A stretch of DNA of 64,000 nucleotides from an uncultured Bacillales bacterium (GTDB lineage Bacteria; Bacillota_I; Bacilli_A; RF39; UBA660): positions 12,932-76,931 of the forward strand of contig CAMKGA010000003.1 in the NCBI GenBank assembly GCA_946412015.1, in the 5' to 3' direction. Positions 57,582-64,000 of the stretch are shown one piece after another; positions within the stretch are counted from its first letter, which is position 1, and each line of letters opens with the position of its first letter. The notes beneath the pieces were generated by a model. It saw only the letters and a list, made by a program, of their open reading frames with translations, did no database searches and was not told where the DNA came from. The position numbers and the translations under genes were made by a program.

Positions 57582-58130
57582 ATGTTTAAAAAATTAAATA
57601 TATTGGATGAAAAAGAAAAGTCATTGCGCAAAGTAAGTGTTGATGTCAAATTTCCAATTAGTAAAAAGTATAAAGATTTAGTAAAACAGATTATTGATGA
57701 ATTAACATACAGTCAAATAGAAGAGTTAGCTGAAAAATATAATTTAAGACCTGGTATGGGTCTTGCATTTCCACAACTTGGAATTAATGAAAGAATTATC
57801 GTTATAGTTCACGAAATTGATGAGGGTAAATTTGATAATTATGTCGTTGTAAACCCTAAAATAATAAGTTATTCTAGTGAAATGATAGCAGCTGAAGCTG
57901 GTGAAGGTTGCCTTAGTGTAAATAGGGAAATAGAAGGACATGTAAAAAGATATGCCAGAGTTAGAATTGAAGGATATGATCTTGACGGAAATAAAATCGT
58001 AATAAGAGCACGTGATGAACTTTCAATAGCCTTTCAACATGAAATTGATCATTTAAATGGAATTCTATTTTATGATAGAATAGATCCTAAACATAAATTT
58101 TATAGTGAGATTGAATTGAGGTTGATATAA
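57582..58130 (+). CDS. def: peptide deformylase
   Basis: GLAFPQLG, EGCLS, HEIDHLNG. Confidence 0.95.
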   Translation: MFKKLNILDEKEKSLRKVSVDVKFPISKKYKDLVKQIIDELTYSQIEELAEKYNLRPGMGLAFPQLGINERIIVIVHEIDEGKFDNYVVVNPKIISYSSEMIAAEAGEGCLSVNREIEGHVKRYARVRIEGYDLDGNKIVIRARDELSIAFQHEIDHLNGILFYDRIDPKHKFYSEIELRLI

Positions 58131-58131
58131 A

Positions 58132-58212
58132 ATGTTAAAATATATGATGAAATATATTATTTTAGTTGTTATTGCTTGTGCATTGTCTATTTTAATTTAC
58201 TATACAGTATAA
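58132..58212 (+). CDS. possible 26-aa hydrophobic micro-ORF after def
   Basis: GAGGT lies 9 nt upstream of the ATG. Translates to MLKYMMKYIILVVIACALSILIYYTV. Uncertain in AT-rich DNA. Confidence 0.3.
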   Translation: MLKYMMKYIILVVIACALSILIYYTV

Positions 58213-58243
58213 AAAAGATAAGTATTATATTATACCTATCTTT

Positions 58244-58915
58244 TTATTTTGTTTTCTTCATAGATTTTAGCTTTGGAGTAACATCTTTTTCTAATACAGA
58301 TGTTACATTATTAAATGATAACTCATCAATTTTGCTTGTAGCATTAGTTAACACATTTATATTAGTATCACAAGCTTTAATATTTTTAATTGCAATTTTT
58401 TTATTTCTTTGCGCATTTTCTCTTTTTTCAACTAATTCCTTTTTTTTATTAACTAAAGCCTTATATTCAGTCTCGAGAGCTTGCCTTTCATAATTAAGTT
58501 TGCATAAAATGTCAATATTCTTTTTATGGGCAAATTTATTCTTTTTTAAAAAACTATCAATTTTTAAACTTTTTTCTAAAAATTCATCCTCATTAATAAT
58601 ACTATTTGATAAATCAAATGATAACTTTTTTCTGTCATGTGACGCATCTTTGTAATCATTTTCAATAATTACAAGTTTCCTATCTACATCATTCATTCGT
58701 GCATCATACACTTTTAAATCTGCAATTACAACCTTAATTTTCTCAATTATATCATTAAGAGCTCTTTCAACATGAATTAATTGCCTATTACATAAAGCAA
58801 CAATTTCCTTGTTTTTATTCTTATTACTAATTTCTTTTTTTATTAAATTATAATAATTTGTCTTTAATTTCTCCTGCGTAGCATCACTAAAATCCTTACG
58901 TTTCTTATTAAACAT
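58244..58915 (-). CDS. hypothetical 223-aa coiled-coil protein
   Basis: GGGAGG RBS. K/E/N-rich heptad-like sequence throughout. No family recognised. Confidence 0.65.
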   Translation of the reverse strand: MFNKKRKDFSDATQEKLKTNYYNLIKKEISNKNKNKEIVALCNRQLIHVERALNDIIEKIKVVIADLKVYDARMNDVDRKLVIIENDYKDASHDRKKLSFDLSNSIINEDEFLEKSLKIDSFLKKNKFAHKKNIDILCKLNYERQALETEYKALVNKKKELVEKRENAQRNKKIAIKNIKACDTNINVLTNATSKIDELSFNNVTSVLEKDVTPKLKSMKKTK

Positions 58916-58942
58916 AGCAAACCTCCCTTTTTTGCAAGTGAT

Positions 58943-58971
58943 ATACTACCACTTTATTTAAAAAATGTCAA
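58943..58971 (-). promoter_or_regulatory. sigma-A-type promoter of 58244-58915
   Basis: Minus strand TTGACA (58966-58971), 17 nt spacer, TAGTAT (58943-58948). Confidence 0.6.
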
Positions 58972-58986
58972 TTTCATCTAAAATGA

Positions 58987-58997
58987 GGATAGTGTTT
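58987..58997 (-). promoter_or_regulatory. single copy of the AAACACTATCC motif 15 nt upstream of the -35 box
   Basis: The plus strand reads GGATAGTGTTT. The same 11-mer occurs twice at 57408-57418 and 57426-57436, the nearer copy 16 nt upstream of the other TTGACA. Confidence 0.5.
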
Positions 58998-59043
58998 CTA
59001 AAGTGGGGATATTTGATAGAATATCCATTATAAACAAACAAAA

Positions 59044-59112
59044 ATGGTTATTACCTAAAAAATGCTTTATAATTGAGTTGTTAGAAAACAATAGAAAGCA
59101 GGTAATAACCAT
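59044..59112. repeat. perfect 13-bp inverted repeat with 43-nt spacer
   Basis: ATGGTTATTACCT (59044-59056) and AGGTAATAACCAT (59100-59112), in the 370-bp non-coding gap between gltX and 58244-58915. Confidence 0.8.
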
Positions 59113-59285
59113 ATGAAAATTATATCATTAATTAATTAATTTACAAAGGATTTTAATAAAAATTTTTCAAAAAATTTGAATCCACTTAATTTAAAAAGTA
59201 AAATTAGGAATATAGGAGATAACTTTACTTTAAATCTCTATGAACAATTTTTAAACTATTTAGATGAAAAGTTAAAAAAATAGAC

Positions 59286-60923
59286 TTAATCTATTTTACT
59301 AAATCTATTTTTTATTCTATCAACATTAAACAACTTTAATATTTCATATAAATCTGGAGTATTTTTTTTGCCAGTTAGCGCAACTCTAATAACAGTCGCA
59401 ATATCAGCAACATTTCCTTTGTAGCTATCAGGATTTTTCTTATAATCTTTCATATTTGCTGCATAACCTAAAGATTCGGCTAATTCTTTAATCTTATTAA
59501 ACCAAGTATCTTTATCATCATTAATATCATAATAATCATTAATATAAGTATTAATAATATTTTTTATCTCACTCTTATCAGTAATTTTCATCCACTCATA
59601 ATCTGGTTCAAATAAGTTATCATACATATAATATATTAAATCATATATATCTGAGTATTTAGCTATATCTTTACGAGGCTTAGCCTGCTCTCTTTCAATA
59701 TTAATAATACTTTTATAATATTCTACATCACTATCTATTAACTCTTTTAATCTTTTATCATAAATACATGCCCATGCATAAGACTCATTATATAATTCAT
59801 CTTTATTCATGCGTGATACAATGTTTTTTGAAATATCTTCTAGTTTCATTAAATCATATAATGCACCTGATGAACTCATCTTTTTAGGATCAAACTTAAA
59901 CTCAGTAAAAGGTAGGTTAGGATTATTATCCCTCCACTCTTCATAATTAGAATTAATGATAGTAAGTAATGATTCAACTACTGCACTTTTAGGATAACCT
60001 TTTTCTTTAAAGTACTCCATATTAGCTTCAGGATCTTTTCTTTTACTAATTTTGCGAAGCTTTCCATCTTCTTTTTTTTGAATTAATGGCGTATGAATAT
60101 ATTTAGGTGCCTCAAAACCAAATGAAGCAAACATTTCTAAATGTTTGGTTACACTAGGTAACCATTCCTCACCACGAACAACAATTGTTGTATGCATCAA
60201 ATGATCATCAACTACATGCGCAAAGTGATAAGTTGGAAGCATATTATCACTCTTCATAATTACATCATCAATATCATTTTCACTTAAATGAAGTCTACCT
60301 TTAGCAAGATCATCATACCAAATCTTGTTTTCAAAATCTCCTTTAGATTTAAAACGTATAACAAACTTTTCACCATTTTTAATACGATTATATGCTTCAT
60401 CTACACTAATCTTACGACACTTACTAAATCTACCGTAATATCCAGTTCTAACCTTCATACCTTCTTGTTTTTCTCTTAGATGAGATAATTCATCGGCTGT
60501 ACAAAAACATGGATAAGCTCTTCCTATGCTAATTAAATGTTTAATAAATACATGATATATCTCTTTACGCTTACTTTGAATATATGGCCCATAATTACCT
60601 ACTACTTCATCGTTATATTCATATTCATCTGGAACAATATTATAATAATTTAATATATCCATTATAACTTTAACTGCATCTTCTTTTTCACGTGCCTTAT
60701 CTGTATCTTCGTTTCTTAAATAGAATATTCCATTAGTATTTTTAGCTATCAAATAATCAGTTATCGCTTGATAGCATCCCCCTATATGCATAAATCCTGT
60801 TGGAGAAGGAGCAAAACGAGTAACCTCACCATCAACTTCCCTTTTAGGATACATTTTTTCAATATCTTCTATAGTCTTAGTAATATTTGGAAATATTAAA
60901 TTAGCTAAATCAACAGTTGTCAT
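59286..60923 (-). CDS. gltX: glutamate--tRNA ligase
   Basis: RFAPSPTGFMHIGG (HIGH-type motif), KISKRK (KMSKS-type motif), class I catalytic core. 545 aa. Confidence 0.92.
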   Translation of the reverse strand: MTTVDLANLIFPNITKTIEDIEKMYPKREVDGEVTRFAPSPTGFMHIGGCYQAITDYLIAKNTNGIFYLRNEDTDKAREKEDAVKVIMDILNYYNIVPDEYEYNDEVVGNYGPYIQSKRKEIYHVFIKHLISIGRAYPCFCTADELSHLREKQEGMKVRTGYYGRFSKCRKISVDEAYNRIKNGEKFVIRFKSKGDFENKIWYDDLAKGRLHLSENDIDDVIMKSDNMLPTYHFAHVVDDHLMHTTIVVRGEEWLPSVTKHLEMFASFGFEAPKYIHTPLIQKKEDGKLRKISKRKDPEANMEYFKEKGYPKSAVVESLLTIINSNYEEWRDNNPNLPFTEFKFDPKKMSSSGALYDLMKLEDISKNIVSRMNKDELYNESYAWACIYDKRLKELIDSDVEYYKSIINIEREQAKPRKDIAKYSDIYDLIYYMYDNLFEPDYEWMKITDKSEIKNIINTYINDYYDINDDKDTWFNKIKELAESLGYAANMKDYKKNPDSYKGNVADIATVIRVALTGKKNTPDLYEILKLFNVDRIKNRFSKID

Positions 60924-60992
60924 AAAAACACTCTCCTTTAATTCACTACAAAGAATTATAACAAATTATAACTAAATTGTAAACAAAAATGA

Positions 60993-61703
60993 TTACCTAT
61001 GGTAACCATTCAATCCTATTGCATCTAACTCATCATCTTTCAAGTTACTATATAAATCATCAAGAGAATAAGTATTCAACACTTCATCTAATAATCCATA
61101 TTGATATAAACTGTATACTTTATCAAAATATTCATTATCAGTATCATAATTAATATCATCATTAACACTTAATTTAGTACTATTATTTTTTTTATTATCT
61201 TCTATATATGCATCATATATTTCCTTTTTACTTGGTAGTTTTGGATACATTTTTCTATATTCATCATATTTTTTTACAATACTTAAAAGAACTAAATAAT
61301 AATCTATTCTTTTTTTTAATACTTCCTTAATACTTTTTTTATAAGATTTATTATCTCTAAACATAATAATTCTATAATCATATTCAGATAAATTATTAAT
61401 TATGTTTTTATCAACTAAGTGTTGAATATATTTTTGACTTAACATCAAATTTTTCGCAACTATATAATCTTTTTTATAAAGAACTTTAATTCTTCTATTA
61501 TTATTTTCATCATTAATTATAACAATATCACCATAATCTTGAAATACTTCTTCAAAATCATTTACTATTTTTTTGTTTTTTTCTCTTATTTCTTTTGAAT
61601 CCATAAACCTGATTGTATATTTTGATATAAAATTATAATCTCCTGATTTAATAGGTAAATATTTTTTGCACTCTTTATCTTTAGCTATAACTAAATGATA
61701 CAT
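60993..61703 (-). CDS. hypothetical protein
   Basis: Start set at the ATG at 61703 (GGTGGTTAT-ATG, reads MYHLVIAKDKE), which removes the overlap with the upstream gene. No motif recognised. Confidence 0.6.
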   Translation of the reverse strand: MYHLVIAKDKECKKYLPIKSGDYNFISKYTIRFMDSKEIREKNKKIVNDFEEVFQDYGDIVIINDENNNRRIKVLYKKDYIVAKNLMLSQKYIQHLVDKNIINNLSEYDYRIIMFRDNKSYKKSIKEVLKKRIDYYLVLLSIVKKYDEYRKMYPKLPSKKEIYDAYIEDNKKNNSTKLSVNDDINYDTDNEYFDKVYSLYQYGLLDEVLNTYSLDDLYSNLKDDELDAIGLNGYHR

Positions 61704-61750
61704 ATAACCACCAACTTGATTATATAATAAATATAAATATGTGTCAAAGA

Positions 61751-63310
61751 TTACTTTATATTCATATTTCTTATCCTGTATAAAAAAGCTATTAATACCG
61801 CACAAAAGATTAATGATATACCTATAATTACAAATATTACTGATATATATTTACTTGTATTATCTACTGATACAATTTGTTTTTTTATTGGAATAGTTAT
61901 ATTAACATTATTAGTTTTTTTAGTATATGAATTACTATTATCATCAATATTTAAAATAGCTATATTCGATATAATATACTCGTTAGCACTCTTATTCTTA
62001 TATTTAGATAATATCTCTGAATCATTAACTTTTGTATTTATCATAAATACATACTCATGCCCATAAAAGTTTGGATCATTTAAAAAATCTGTTTTCGCAC
62101 TTATATATACTTTTTTTAAACCATCTTCTTTAACAATATTAATATCAAAATTTGAAGTAACATCTTTATTCTCGTCGTTTTTAATTGTAATATCTTCCTT
62201 TGTTATTTCAAAACATTCTTCAAGATTATCAATAATATTATACTTACTGTAAATATTTATATTATCTTTATTAATATAAGGAACTCTATGAGTTATTTTA
62301 TAAGTGAAATATTCATTTTTTTCTACAACAATTTTATTAGAACTATTTACTGGGTCTTCAATAGAAAAAGAAATTAAAGAAGGAGTTATAAATTCAAATG
62401 TTCCTGAACCAAATCCCTCATAATCAAGGGGATTATCCCACCAAGACCTTAAATAATCTATCTTACCCAAGTAATAAGTTAACTCAAATTCGCTACCACT
62501 AAATAATAGTGTAGACCAAGCATATTTATAATTGGAATCACTATAAGTTTCATAGTTTGAAGATTGAACCGCATTTTCTAAAATTCTAGTTTTAGTAAAA
62601 TCTGTTTCGGTTGTTAATGTATTAGCCATTAAATGTCTTGAAGAATCATAATTTTCATAAATATATGCTTTATCTATACCAGAATTTATTTTAAACGCTT
62701 TACCCTGGTCTAAATCACTTAACGTTCCATATCCTTTAATGTTTATTTTTTTCCCATTATCATCTATAAACTCATACTTTAAAGTTGCAAATCTAAGTCC
62801 ATTTAATGTTATTTTCATACTCTCCTTATCAAAACCAATACTTGGCTTTAATGCTCTTATTTTATTACCATTATACAAATATGATTTTAAAATAAATTCT
62901 TTATTTGAATCACCAGGATTAGAATAACCAAATACACAATTATTTAAAGTAATTTTTAGATTAACAGCATTACCTTTATACATTCCAATATTATTATACA
63001 TAATATATATTTTTTTATCTTTACAATCAGATTCATTATCTAAATAATAATAATTCCATTTACTATAATCAATATTATTATCATAATATATCTTTTTATC
63101 TATTATATCTCTATCTGATAAAATTAAGTGATAATTACTACTTGTTGTACTTACATTATTCATATTAAAAGTAAATCCATAATTAGTATCTACTTTATAA
63201 TTTGCCTCTTGTCCTTGATTTATAACTTGTATTACACTCTTGGCTTGAACTATACTTAATGAAAATATAAAAAATATTAATACAAATAAACATTTTTTTA
63301 ATACCATCAT
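61751..63310 (-). CDS. secreted surface protein with C-terminal membrane anchor
   Basis: Start at the ATG at 63310 (AGGTGATAAT-ATG). Signal peptide MMVLKKCLFVLIFFIFSLSIVQAKS. C-terminal TM segment ISVIFVIIGISLIFCAVLIAFL followed by a basic tail. No LPxTG motif seen. Confidence 0.7.
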   Translation of the reverse strand: MMVLKKCLFVLIFFIFSLSIVQAKSVIQVINQGQEANYKVDTNYGFTFNMNNVSTTSSNYHLILSDRDIIDKKIYYDNNIDYSKWNYYYLDNESDCKDKKIYIMYNNIGMYKGNAVNLKITLNNCVFGYSNPGDSNKEFILKSYLYNGNKIRALKPSIGFDKESMKITLNGLRFATLKYEFIDDNGKKINIKGYGTLSDLDQGKAFKINSGIDKAYIYENYDSSRHLMANTLTTETDFTKTRILENAVQSSNYETYSDSNYKYAWSTLLFSGSEFELTYYLGKIDYLRSWWDNPLDYEGFGSGTFEFITPSLISFSIEDPVNSSNKIVVEKNEYFTYKITHRVPYINKDNINIYSKYNIIDNLEECFEITKEDITIKNDENKDVTSNFDINIVKEDGLKKVYISAKTDFLNDPNFYGHEYVFMINTKVNDSEILSKYKNKSANEYIISNIAILNIDDNSNSYTKKTNNVNITIPIKKQIVSVDNTSKYISVIFVIIGISLIFCAVLIAFLYRIRNMNIK

Positions 63311-63384
63311 ATTATCACCTACTATAAAAATAGTACCAAAAAATAATACTTTTTTCAATAAAAAAGAAATATTAACTATTATTT

Positions 63385-64000
63385 TTAATATTTTTTTTTA
63401 ATATATACATTATAGGTTATTAAAAGTACGATTGAAACAAAAGACATCAAAACACCAGGTACAATTCCTTCTGAATAATATTTCATCTTTATTTTATGAT
63501 TTCCTTTATTAAGTTTAATTCCAATAAAATCTCCTGCTACTTTTTCATATTTTACTTTTTTACCATCTACATATACATTCCATCCCTTATCATATGGAAT
63601 TGCCATAAATAATGTCTTATCTTTTAGAACAGTAATATCACCACTTACAGTGTTATTCTTAACAGTAACATTTTTTAATTGATTTTTCTTTAATTTATTA
63701 ATTATTTTATTAAATAAATTCATATCTAAATAATATAAATCAATTTTATCTTTTGGTTTTGACATACTATTTTCAAGTCTAACTTCAATCTCACTATTTT
63801 TATACTTATTTTCTATTACAACTGTACCTATATTTTCACTATCAAGTGATGTAACATATTCATCATTTATATAAATAGTATCATAAACTGACCAGTTAAT
63901 CGCAACATCATAATTTGTTGTAAGATATATATCATTATCATTATCAATTATAAATTTATATTTATTATCACCTAAATACTCTTTTTTATAAGGCTTTAAT
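63385..64000 (-). CDS. YfhO-family membrane protein, C-terminal part (gene continues beyond window end)
   Basis: The frame is open from position 64000 (LKPYKKEYLGDNKYKFIIDND...). It continues through the track ORF to GWNVYVDGKKVKYEKVAGDFIGIKLNKGNHKIKMKYYSEGIVPGVLMSFVSIVLLI, a typical YfhO C-terminus. Confidence 0.7.
   Translation of the reverse strand, partial: LKPYKKEYLGDNKYKFIIDNDNDIYLTTNYDVAINWSVYDTIYINDEYVTSLDSENIGTVVIENKYKNSEIEVRLENSMSKPKDKIDLYYLDMNLFNKIINKLKKNQLKNVTVKNNTVSGDITVLKDKTLFMAIPYDKGWNVYVDGKKVKYEKVAGDFIGIKLNKGNHKIKMKYYSEGIVPGVLMSFVSIVLLITYNVYIKKKY

Noticed and set aside
60993-61805. Overlap of 60993-61805 with 61751-63358 as a possible programmed overlap or fusion.
   Set aside because: An internal ATG at 61703 with a GGTGG RBS removes the overlap. 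The upstream codons are most likely non-coding.
1797-62927. About 35 plus-strand ORFs of 60-142 aa in the track (e.g. 1797-2099, 21209-21628, 31074-31424, 45913-46341, 48350-48766, 58176-58493) lying antisense inside long minus-strand genes.
   Set aside because: They are embedded in confidently coding minus-strand genes and lack Shine-Dalgarno sites. Their low-complexity S/F/L/I-rich translations are typical of the antisense strand of AT-rich coding DNA.
63385-63765. 126-aa stand-alone ORF from the track.
   Set aside because: The frame stays open upstream to the window edge and the sequence is a YfhO C-terminus. It is the 3' part of a longer gene, not an independent gene.

Overview
Very AT-rich, low-GC Bacillota-type chromosomal window. 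Almost all genes are on the minus strand and genetic code 11 applies (TGA is used as a stop). Sporulation markers are present: SspI and three YjcZ-like micro-ORFs. The housekeeping backbone is folD-glyA, a thiol-redox/NifS cluster, an acyl-CoA ligase, prsA-like, recX, ytxG/ytxH-like, trmB, T-box-controlled glyQS, recO, era, ybeY, sufC/sufBD-like/sufS, hit, pnp, rpsO, a SEDS protein, def and gltX. Four accessory or unexplained blocks interrupt it. (1) 54.4-57.4 kb holds an operon with a near-consensus sigma-A promoter. It encodes a 478-aa protein with no signal peptide and a repetitive Ala/Gly/Glu region ending in a glycine zipper, followed by three DUF4176 paralogs, a two-TM protein with a (D/Y) acidic tail, and an 85-aa protein. 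I read this as a candidate non-LXG, T7SSb-style membrane toxin/immunity module. (2) 41.3-52.9 kb is an ~11.6 kb one-strand array of about 17 polymorphic-toxin immunity-type genes (DUF1851/Tdi1-like x2, DUF2625, SUFU-like, SMI1/KNR4, Imm33/DUF2185 x2 and others). It carries no toxin gene, has nonsense/frameshift pseudogenes, and contains ~105-bp duplicated gene junctions. (3) 30.2-34.5 kb is a four-gene orphan operon ending in a tail-anchored Lnu-like nucleotidyltransferase with three tandem helical repeats. (4) 107-4762 is a 1551-aa orphan giant protein with a CC-x9-C-x2-H core. No rRNA, tRNA, CRISPR array, transposase or integrase was recognised. All family assignments come from motif recognition by eye, not from database searches.
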